Part shown: positions 53,509 through 64,000 of the stretch, piece after piece | How the letters are laid out: each line of letters begins with the position of its first letter | Position numbering within the stretch: position 1 is the stretch's first letter | Assembly: GCA_013265495.1 (NCBI GenBank) | Contig: MU058449.1 | Coordinates: 482,176 to 546,175, forward strand | DNA length: 64,000 nucleotides | Reading direction: 5' to 3' | From: Vicugna vicugna | Lineage: Eukaryota | Notes under the pieces: model-generated | Database searches by the model: none | Told to the model about the DNA's origin: nothing | The model's input: the letters and a program-made list of their open reading frames with translations, nothing else | Position numbers and translations under genes: made by a program

Positions 53509-56269
53509 CCTCCCTACAAATAAAAGTCCAGGACCGGACGGCTTCACCGGGAAATTCTACCAAACATACAAAGAAGAACTCATACCAGTCCTTCTCAAAC
53601 TCTTCCAGAAGATTGAAAAGGAGGGAATACTCCCAAACTCATTCTATGAAGCCACCATCACCCTGATACCAGAACCAGGCAAAGATACTACAAAAAAAGA
53701 GAATTATAGGCCAATATCACTGATGAACATAGATGCCAAAATTCTCACCAAAATATTAGCAAATAAAATCCAACAACACATTAAAGATTATACATCATGA
53801 CCAAGTGGGGTTCATTCCAGGAATACAAGGGTGGTTCAACATATGCAAATCAATCAATGTAATACATCACATCAACAAGAGAAAGGACAAAAAACACATG
53901 ATCATCTCAATAGGTGCAGAAAAAGCATTTGATAAAATTCAACACCCATTTATGGTAAAAACTCTCACCAAAGTGGGTATAGAGTACATATGTGGGTGGG
54001 TACATATCTCAACAAAAGCTATATATGGCAAACCTACAGCCAGCATATTACTCAATGGTGAAAAACTCAAAAGCTTCCCACTAAAATCTGGGACAAGACA
54101 AGGATGCCCACTATCACCACTCCTATTCAACATAGTCTTGGAAGTCTTAGCCACAGCAATCAGGCAAAAGAGAAAAATAAAAGGGATCCAAATTGGAAAA
54201 GAAGAGGTAAAAGTGTCACTATATGCTGACGATATGTTACCATACATAGAAAACCCTAAAAGGTCCACACAAAAACTACTAGAGCTGATTGAAGAATTCA
54301 GCAAGGTAGCAGGTTACAAGGTTATCATACAAAAATCAGTTGCATTTCTTTACACTAACGATGAATCAACAGAAAAAGAAATTAAAGAAACAATCCCCTT
54401 TAAAATAGCACCCAAAGTAATAAAATATCTAGGAATAAATCTAACCCAGGAGGTGAAAAAATTATACACAGAAAACTATAAACCATTGATGAAGGAAATT
54501 AAAGAAGACTTTAAAAAATGGAAGGATATCCCATTTTCTTGGATTGGAAGAATCAATATTGTTAAAATGGTCACACTGCCCAAGGTAATCTACAGATTTA
54601 ATGCAATCCCTATCAAATTACCTAGGACATATTTCACAGAACTAGAACAAATCATAATAAAATTTATATGGAACCATCAAAGACCTAGAATTGCCAAAGC
54701 ATTACTGAAGAGGAAGAAAGAGTCTGGAGGAATAACTCTCCCAGACTTCAGACAATTCTATGGAGCTATAGTCATCAAGACAGCATGGTATTGGTACAAA
54801 AACATATAGACCAATGGAATAGAATAGAGAGCCCAGAAATGAACCCACAAACTTTTGGTCAACTAATCTTTGACAAAGGAGGCAAGAATGTACAATGGAA
54901 TAAAGACAGCCTCTTCAGCAAATTGTGTTGGGAAAACTGGACAGCAACATGTAAAGCAATGAAGCTAGAACACTCCCTTATATCATACACAAAAATAAAC
55001 TCAAAATGGATTAAAGACTTAAACATAAGACAAGATACAATAAACCTCCTAGAAGAAAATATTGGCAAAACATTATCTGACATACATCTCACAAATGTTC
55101 TCCTAGAACAGTCTACTCAAGCAATAGAAATAAAAGCAAGAATAAACAAATGGGACCTAATGAAACTTACAAGCTTCTGCACAGCAAAGGAAACCATAAG
55201 TAAAACAAAATGACAACCTACGGAATGGGAGAAAGTTTTTGCTAATGAAACCGACAAAGGCTTGATCTCCAGAATATATAAGCAGCTCATACGACTTAAT
55301 AAGAAACAACCAGACAACCCAATCCAAAAATGGGCAAAAGACCTAAACAAGCAATTCTCCAAGGAAGACATACAAATGATCAATAGGCACATGAAAAAAT
55401 ACTCAGTATCACTAATTATCAGAGAAATGCAAATCAGAACTACAATGAGGTATCACCTCACACCAGTCAGAATGGCCATCATTCAAAAATCCACAAATGA
55501 CAAATGCTAGAGAGGCTGTGCAGAAAGGGGAACCCTCCTACACTGCTGGTGGGAATGCAGTTTGGTGCAGCCACTGTGGAAAACAGTGTGGAGATTCCTC
55601 AAAATACTTGGAATAGACTTACCATATGACCCAGGAATCCTGCTCCTGGGCATATATCCAGAAGGAACCCTACTTCAGGATGACATCTGTACCCCAATGT
55701 TCATAGCAGCACTATTTGCAATAGCCTAGACATGGAAACAGCCTAAATGTCCATCAGTGGATGACTGGATAAAGAAGAGGTGGTATATGTATACAATGGA
55801 CTACTACTCAGCCATAAAAACCGACAACATAACACCATTTGCAGCAACATGGATGCTCCTGGAGAATGTCATTCTAAGTGAAGTAAGCCAGAAAGAGAAA
55901 GAAAAATACCATATGAGATTGCTCATATGTGGAATCTAAAAAAAAAAAAACAAAAAACAAAAAACACACAAACAAAGCATAAATACAAAACAGAAATAAA
56001 CTCATAGACATAGACTACAAACTTGTGGTTGCCAAGGGGGTGGAGGGTGGGAAGGGATAGACTAGGATTACAAAATTGTAGAATAGATAAACAAGATTAT
56101 ACTGTATAGCACAGGGAAATATACATAAGATCTTATGGTAGCTTACAGAGAAGAAAATGTGACAATGAATATACATATGTTCATGTATAACTGAAAAATT
56201 GTGCTCTACACTTGAATTTGATACAACATTGTAAAATGACTATAAATCAGTAAAAAATGTTTAAAAAAA
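53509..56269 (+). mobile_element. Relatively young 5'-truncated LINE-1 (ORF2 RT to 3' UTR) with a 16-bp target-site duplication
   Basis: ORF2 peptides ([33 protein letters not shown]), an A-tail, and TSD AAGAAATCTGGTTTTA at 53493-53508 and 56270-56285. It carries several frameshifts and stops. Confidence 0.96.
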
Positions 56270-56285
56270 AAGAAATCTGGTTTTA

Positions 56286-56312
56286 GAGAAGCTGTGTCAA
56301 AAATACAGCTAA
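56286..56312 (+). pseudogene. Separated C-terminus of the same OR51A pseudogene
   Basis: After the second target-site duplication the frame resumes as EKLCQKYS-TAA. Confidence 0.85.
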
Positions 56313-56317
56313 CATGG

Positions 56318-56423
56318 CAGGTGGAGGGTATAGCTCAGTGGTAGAGCACATACCTGGTGTGCACAAGGTCTTGGGTTCAATCCCCAGTGCCTCTGCTAAA
56401 GGGGAAAAAATTTTTTTAATGAA
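56318..56423 (+). mobile_element. tRNA-derived SINE (Vic-1-like, camelid)
   Basis: GGAGGGTATAGCTCAGTGGTAGAGC (A box) ... GGGTTCAATCCCC (B box), an A-rich tail, and flanking imperfect direct repeats at 56299-56313 and 56424-56438. Confidence 0.85.
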
Positions 56424-59400
56424 AAAAATGCAGCTGACTTGGATGCTTAACGATAATGAAAACCCAATCAGTAAATGACATAGAGAAAGCAGAATTAATC
56501 AATAAGGAAGCACACCATACGTTAATCACCTTACAATATCATCTCTCAGTATGCTTATGAAGATTGAAGACAGCCTCGCAAATTTACTGGTTTAGGATTT
56601 AGGATTTAGAGCTCTTATGTAAACATAAAATGTATTCGTAGTTCCACTTTCACACACCTTACCAGCCTTATGAACACAATATAAGCTTGTTTTCATCATT
56701 TTAGAGTAATATTCTGTGTGTTTATTTGAAGATTAGCAGTATATATTTATATGACAACTGCCTAGTGATTGGAGGTGACAGAGGATTGCTTATTCATTTA
56801 CAATATCCCTTTTCAACACACAGTTTTCACTTTTATGACACATACCTATTCTCTCAGGAATTGAAATTGAAAAGGGCAATGACAATGCACACATGGAACA
56901 AATATGCATTCGTGCAGAGTTTACAAAAATATAAGAATTAAATTCATTTATTTGTTTCAATATTTCTTTCCTGAACATTAAAATATCACTTTCTAAGTTA
57001 CGTAGGGTTGAAAATTCTCTGTCTACCAGATTTCTACAGGAGTTCTACCTAATGCCATAACTCATTATACCGTATATGTCTCACTCCCATGCAAGACTGT
57101 AAACCCTGATAAAGATTAATTTTCAAAATTTTACTGCTCTCACAAAGAAATAAATTGAACATCAATATAGATCTCACTTAGCTGATTTTTAATGAATGAA
57201 CCAGGCAAATGATACAACCAGTTCAAAGAGACCAATTAAAGATACACTTATAAATAGCAATGTTTATATTAATTTTCAAATGAGTTCAACTATGACTTCT
57301 TTCACCTGTGGGACACATGCCAATTGACCCTCGACCAGTTTATTCACCTGTCTACCAATGTGAATTACTTTGATTGCAGTTAGTATCTACAACTTACAGA
57401 GTTGGAAAATAGCTCAAAGACAGTGAAAACTCTAAGTCCCTACATAATCAGAATTAGATAACCCATAGGGGTAGGCTGTGAACAATGCAGTTTTCCATTG
57501 AAGCACATATCTTTTTTTTCATATAGTCTCCCCCATTTTAATAAAACATTATTTGAAAGAAAGATTATTCTTGATCATAAAACAAGGCTCTCCTCATTAG
57601 GTTTGGCCTCATTATTTGTACAGATGAAAAAATTCACCAGGAGGGCTTCTTAAGTTTGCAGTGCTGGAGACTTCCATACAGAATCTCAGACAGGATGTTA
57701 TAAAGCTGCTATTATAATTCTATATCTAGGAGAGAAAATTATAACCAAAAAAATTATCTCCATCAAATTACTCCTTCAGGTAGCCACACAATTGAGTAAT
57801 ACTTTATTTTCCTGAACTCCCCAAGACATCCTGGGATCCTTGGCTTGCCTCCCTTTCCACCTCTAAGAGATCAGCCGGTAAGCCAAGCAACAGGCTAATT
57901 TACCTGGGATTTTGTCAGCACAGACTCTATAAAGTCAACCTCAGTTCCCTAAAAGTGACTGGTCCTGCCTGATTAAATCAGAAACATTCCCAAGTATGAT
58001 ATTCTAGGAAAGGCCCTAGTTGCACAATCAATTTTTAAAATTATATCTTGGTTAAAAAGAGGACAGGTTCTTAAACTGTACCTATAAAAATAATACATTG
58101 TCCTGAAAAGCAAGGACACTCAGTAAGGGTTTCCTGAACTCAAGAGTATTCAGTAAGAATCAGCTATGACTTCAAAATGTTTGATTTAGTTTACAAAAGC
58201 AGATTCTACTAGATTAGTACAGTTTAAGAGAATGATAAAAAGCCTTATTATATATTCAGAAAATAGAACATAAACCACATCAACAATATTCCAAACGCAT
58301 GATAAGATGTTACTTATCAGTTAATTTAGTTCTACACAATTAATTCTTGTTCCACCGGCTCTTGAGTTAGCAGTCTTATGAAGGTGTTTGTCTGTTGTTA
58401 GGAAGAGTCATGGAAATCACAACTCAGCCCACTTGAAAAACCTGAAAGTTACCCAAGAGCTGGTTCTTTGAAGTTTGCAGTACTTGCTGCAGTCCTTTTC
58501 CGTGAGCTCTGGCGGGGTCCTTCTCTGTTGAAGACGAAACTCCAGCCTATTGCTGATTGCAGAGCTTTCATGAATGCATCAGAGCCAAACAAAAATTATC
58601 TATTGTTTTAAGATAGTTAAGCCAACTTAAGAGAGTTAAATTTATCTTTATATGTATTCTTTTTCATTATATGTTATTACAAGATATTTATACTTATCTT
58701 TAAATGGCTATTATTAATTTATTACTTATGCATTCAAATGTAAAAAGTCTGATGAGAGTTGATAATACAAATAATGCAACTGACAAGTAAATTTGATTGT
58801 CTCCATGGCATGCAAAACAAGATAATAAAGCTATTTCCAAAAAGAGAAGTTTAAAAAAAGTCTCTAAGGATAATGATATAGACTATATCTGAGGACAGTA
58901 ATGTTTCATCTGATATATACAAATAAATAAGCATAATTTTTACAATGGAAACAATATCGACACATAGCATAATAATCATGGGAAATGATATGCATAATGT
59001 ACCAAGGAAATACCAAGATTGCCAAGAATATCAAATAAAGAGATTCAGTGAATCTAGAGTAAGCCTAGATATTTGTATTTTTATAAAACTCCATAGAGAA
59101 GTCTTATGTGCATCCCAGGTTGAAAACTACTGTCCTTGAAGATGCTAGATGAAAAGGAAAATTTCAAAACATTCTCAGAAGAAAACATCTATAAGTTTAA
59201 GGGAGTGAAATCTAGAGGAGGAGGCAGACACAAAAAGGCATAATTGTCACATATGGTGAAAATGCTCTGAGATTATTCACATGATTCTGTCAATCAGAGA
59301 AGACAGGAACATAATTCTGCCAGAGGGAGCAGAGGGGCTTAAGGGGTGTTTTCCTCAAAGGATTAGTTCTTCCCATTTACAGGGGGTTGGATGACTCTCC

Positions 59401-61730
59401 TTGGCTCCAGTCCCTGTTGAGTTTCACCCACAGGGAGTTTTCTTTTTCTCTGGGTGCAGCCTGCTGGGCTGGAATCAAAGTTTTCTGGGCTAATAGGAAA
59501 GCATCAGGGAGGCAGGACTAGATTCTGTAGGTCAGGATTAAATGGTCATGACCGCACAGCAGTGGAATTGTGGTGACTGACTGCATGCCACCTTCATTTC
59601 CTCTTTACTCTGGCATGGGGGTACAATGACTTACCAACTTACTGGTAAGTTTCCCGATGTTCATAGCTCTTTGCACCAGCTCAAGAGAAAAAATCCACAT
59701 AGTATATCTAATTGTAGTCACTACATGCTTAGGATAGACGCCATTACCCCGACCTTCTAAAAAGCCCCACAGTTACGTAAATGCACGGTAGAATTCCAGG
59801 GTCCTGCCAAATTGATGGCAATCAACCAAGTGCCAGGCCCAAAATCACCGACTGAGCACAGAAGGAAGTTCAAAATCAGCTACTTGGACCTGCCTCTTGG
59901 GTGATATGTTTGCTGAATGGTAGTTATCGCCTTACATGTTACTGTAAGTTGTTTCTGAGTACAGGTATGTAAGACCACTGAGTTTGCAGTGGGCATCAGT
60001 GAGAAGGGAATAGTGACCACTAGGAGTTGCTTTCTCCATGGTATATCCTAACTCAGCATGCTTCTTATTAGACTTAAATCTCTGCCTTACATTTTTCCTT
60101 TCTTGATAAATAAGAAAGCAATCTTATGATTCTAACAAAAAACTGCCTATGAGTTCATGGATTTTAATTAATGGTGTAGAGGTGGGTTTTGTATATATTC
60201 TCTTCAATCATCTACTCTACATATAGAGGTCTCCAAATTGAGGGTATAACTTCATTCATTCAAGTATATGCGTGTATATCAAAATGATGTCTGCTTCTAT
60301 TAGATTCTATGAAGCCAGAGGGAGGACAAAAAATATCAGTAATATCAAGGAAAGCACACTATACACCGATACACTTGAATGGGAGGTGGACAAAAGTCTC
60401 AGGGAAGGATTGTAAAGGACTTAATAGCTAACTGAGGATTTGAACAAAGAAAGTCAAGGCAAGGAAGAGCATTTTTACCATTTGCAAAAGGAGAAGACTT
60501 GAAAAGCTCAGATAGAAAAAGCATATTGCAGAAATTTAACAGTAGCTGGAACATGAACTGGGGAGTGAGCTTGGAGAGGGAGGAGGGTGATAATTAATGC
60601 CTCTTTGTGGCCAGGATTACACTGTGATCACTATTACAAGTAATTAATCCCACACTTTCTCTATTTTCTGTTCACTGCATGGAAAAAAAAATATTCATGT
60701 TATTTTCCTAATTTCCTAATGGAATTCAACAATTCCTTTTTGGGAAAGTAACATTTCTCTTGAATTGTCTCTGAAATTCTTCTTCCCTTACCATATCACA
60801 AGGGGTATTCCACAGTTTGACTGTGAATTTTAAGTTCCCAATTTGTGGTTCTGTTAACAATGATTACGGTAAACATTATGTTCTGCACCCTGGACTATAA
60901 ATATAATCAAACAAATATTAAATATTAACTGTGGTTCTGCTATAACTTTCAAATCCTTTATTTTCTAGCTGATTCATAAAATCTTAGATTTAGAGAGCTA
61001 AAAACATATGTCTCCATCCTGCTCTAGTCCAGATAGTCTGCCATAGCATGACAATACAATAAGCAATAACAAGAGGCTTAATTTTAAAAAGAAAACGAAA
61101 GAGAGCGAGATCAAGAGAAAGAGAGGGAGGGAGGAAAGTTTATTTATCTCTGTCAGTTTTTACCTGTTTAAATGTATATTGTTTTTTCTTAACTATTTGA
61201 TAGAAACTGGATCAAGCAACGTGATATTTCAAGTAATTCTTATGTAAAAGGAAGTTTTAAGGTCAATTTAACTTAAAAAAGGACAATTATTATATCATAT
61301 ACTTTACTAAGAGAGAAAGTTCTAAACCCAACAGAAGTGTGAGAGATTTTACACAAGATTCACCATCTCTCTGTCATACTTAGTTATTAAGGACCTCTCT
61401 CCAACTAAAATAGACCCTAATTCAAGGACTAGATAATTATTTCATTTCTCTGGTATTAACTATCTCTGTGAATTTACTGTGTCTGCACATGTTTATTCGC
61501 AGTCTCAGAACAGATCCAGGTCGGCTGCAATCCCTGGAGAGCTCAGCACCCCTCAAGCAAGGGGACTAGGAGAGAAGAAAGAGACAAGCCCTCATATATG
61601 AAGAGGAGACCTTGGCGACAGACAAATGCGATAACTTCTGGGATTTTATACTAAAATCCTTCCACTTTCAAATATCCACCCTCTGGTAAGTACTCAGATA
61701 TCTTCATCTATTTTGCTCTCATTTTACTGC

Positions 61731-61753
61731 TTTTTTTTTTTTTTTTTTTTTTT
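61731..61753. repeat. Poly(T) tract
   Basis: Run of about 23 T. Confidence 0.9.
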
Positions 61754-62588
61754 AAATCAACCACATGGAACTTCATACAGAGCAGGAGACACTTCCAAAA
61801 GTCATGTATCTAGGAAAATTGTTCCTTTCAGAGACTATACAAATAAACTATTTACCTTTAGGGGAGTTGTTCTTCAACAGAATTCAAATTCTCCAAAATT
61901 GTGACACTTACCACTTCAGGTTATTGTTCTCTTGTCAACACTCCACAAATGGTCACAAATTCCAGGCCAGGAGAGACTTAGACATAATTTGTCAGTAATC
62001 TCTGCAGTGACTGCCCTTACAAATACAAAAATAATTTGAAAATCAAGGGATTTTTTAAAAGATATTTAAATAACCAACAATCTAGCAGGGGACAGCACTA
62101 AGAGTAGTTTGGTTTTGAGAAGATCATACTTTTGTGAGAATTCCAACAAGTAGGAAGAAATTAAATTTTGAGACTCCTCTGCCTTCACATAGTGTCATTC
62201 TGTAAATCATATATTCTAACCAACATCTTATCTAGAATATGAAAGCAAGAACTCATAGAGGAGTCCAGATTAATTGATTAGGGTCTACTAGTATGTTACT
62301 AGTAGAAAAAGAAACCAGCTTTTCATCTGATTGCAAAATATATTCCTGGTTTCTCTATAGGAAAAAAATGGCCAGAAGTACTTCTTTAAATCTATGATCC
62401 AGGAAATTCCAGTCTAAAGTGAAAGCCACTTCTCACTATATAGTCACATAAATAATTTGTTCTATCAAAAGACAGTTGAAAAAACCCAGAAAGTTCAGAA
62501 CTGCTTTTTTTCTACTAAATTTCCAGATATTCACATTTTATCTACTCAAGACTTTCTGTGACTCGCTGCAGAGCCCTCTAAACTGATC

Positions 62589-63551
62589 ATGTCCATTATC
62601 AACATGTCACATGTTGAAATCACCACATTCTTCTTGTTTGGGATGCCAAGGCTGGAATATGCACACATCTGGATCTCTATTCCTGTCTGCAGCATGTACC
62701 TTGTTGCTATTCTGGGAAACTGCACCATCCTTTTCATCATCAAGACAGAACCCTCACTGCATGATCCCATGTACTATTTCCTTTCCATGTTGGCCCTGTC
62801 TGACATGAGCTTGTCCTTTTCCTCTCTTCCCACTATGTTGAGGATCTTCTTATTCAAGGCTTCTGAAATCTCTGCTAATGCCTGCTTTTCCCAGAAATTC
62901 TTCATCCATGGATTCACAGCACTGGAGTCCTCAGTGCTCCTGATCATGTCGTTTGACCGCTTCCTCACCATCCACAACCCTCTAAGATACAGCTCCATTC
63001 TTACAACTGTCAGAGCTGCCCAAATAGGAGTGGTATGCTTTTTCAAGAGCTTCCTCCTGGTTCTTCCCTTCCCCTTCACTTTGAGAAGGTTGAAATATTG
63101 TAAGAAAAGCCAATTATCCCATTCCTACTGTCTCCACCAGGATGTCATGAAGTTGGCCTGCTCTGACAACAGAATTGATGTCATTTATGGCTTTTTTGGG
63201 GCACTCTGCCTTATGGTAGATTTTATGCTCATTGCTGTATCTTACATTCTGATCCTCAAGACTGTGCTGGGAATTGCATCCCAAAAGGAGCAGCTCAAGG
63301 CCCTCAATACTTGTGTTTCACACATCTGTGCAGTGACCATCTTCTATCTGCCCATCATCAACCTCGCCATTGTCCATCACTTTGCCCGGGATGTCTCTCC
63401 CCTCTTCAATGTTCTTATGGCAAATGTTCTTCTACTCGTGCGTCCACTTATGAATCCCATTGTGTACTGTGTGAAAACTAGGCAGATTAAGTCAGAAGCA
63501 AATATAACAGTCATATATAGTAGAAAACATCTGGGGGGAATGTCTCAGTAA
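62589..63551 (+). CDS. OR51A4/OR51A2-like olfactory receptor, open 320-aa frame with an aberrant C-terminus
   Basis: MSIINMSHVEITTFFL...MSFDRFLTIHNPLRY...SHSYCLHQDVMKLACSDNRIDVIYGFFGALCLMVD closely matches remembered OR51A4/A2. The tail after TRQI is not homologous. Splice acceptor CAG at 62568-62570. Confidence 0.85.
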   Translation: MSIINMSHVEITTFFLFGMPRLEYAHIWISIPVCSMYLVAILGNCTILFIIKTEPSLHDPMYYFLSMLALSDMSLSFSSLPTMLRIFLFKASEISANACFSQKFFIHGFTALESSVLLIMSFDRFLTIHNPLRYSSILTTVRAAQIGVVCFFKSFLLVLPFPFTLRRLKYCKKSQLSHSYCLHQDVMKLACSDNRIDVIYGFFGALCLMVDFMLIAVSYILILKTVLGIASQKEQLKALNTCVSHICAVTIFYLPIINLAIVHHFARDVSPLFNVLMANVLLLVRPLMNPIVYCVKTRQIKSEANITVIYSRKHLGGMSQ

Positions 63552-64000
63552 GAGATTAAAGGTAAGTTTGGGAAAACCTAATATTTGGTACAAATGGTCA
63601 ATATATTTTTATTGTTATTGTCATCAGATTTATTTCAATCAAACTGTATATTGAAGGTGGGCATAAAATAGGAAATGGAGTTCATTCTGGGGTGTCTCCA
63701 TCCTAATTAATAAAAAAAAAGATGCCTTATGAAGTCATCTTTGATAAAAGCAACAAATTATAGTCAACACTGACAACAGTAATGTTTGTCCTTGTGACAG
63801 ATTTTGATTCCTCATTCTAAGATTCCATCTATCTGTTAAGTTCTTTTGATTCTAGACCCAAATTATATCTCAAGTCTACCTCCTCATTCTCTCCATTTTA
63901 ATCATCCTTGTATGTCACCAGCACTTCTTTCATGAAATGCTGCAGTAAATTCTTTAGTTTCTTAATGTGTACTCTTACTACTTTCTAACTGATTTTCTGT

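Noticed and set aside
53805..55939. ORFs of 334, 142, 82 and 60 aa as host genes or an active L1
   Set aside because: They are frameshifted pieces of one 5'-truncated ORF2 lacking the endonuclease, ORF1 and promoter.
56323..56395. Possible tRNA-Ala gene
   Set aside because: The anticodon arm is degenerate and there is an A-rich tail with flanking direct repeats, so it is a SINE.
57560..60050. Possible ERV internal-region remnants
   Set aside because: The composition is suggestive, but I could not identify gag, pol or env motifs or paired LTRs by eye; this needs RepeatMasker.

Overview
Mammalian genomic DNA, most likely camelid (it carries a tRNA-Ala-derived Vic-1-type SINE). The window covers the class I olfactory receptor cluster around MMP26, syntenic with human 11p15.4. 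Gene order: OR52J3 (-, intact); an OR51A-like gene (-, 1-bp frameshift after codon 4); an OR51P-like gene (-, intact but missing a conserved Cys pair); OR51L1 (-, intact); a complete six-coding-exon MMP26 (-, 261 aa); an OR51A pseudogene (+) split by a 2.76-kb L1; and an OR51A4/A2-like gene (+) with a frameshifted C-terminus. Intergenic DNA holds L1 fragments of several ages, nested ERV solo LTRs, MaLR and MER5 relics, microsatellites and a 5'-truncated PABPC1 retrocopy. I found no new multi-gene system. The most notable items are the intact non-primate MMP26 with a PRCGVTD cysteine switch, the paired ECL2 Cys loss in the OR51P-like receptor, decay of all three OR51A paralogues, and a 36-bp internal L1 fragment with a 17-bp target-site duplication. 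Orthology calls and comparisons with human proteins rest on remembered sequences, not on a database search.
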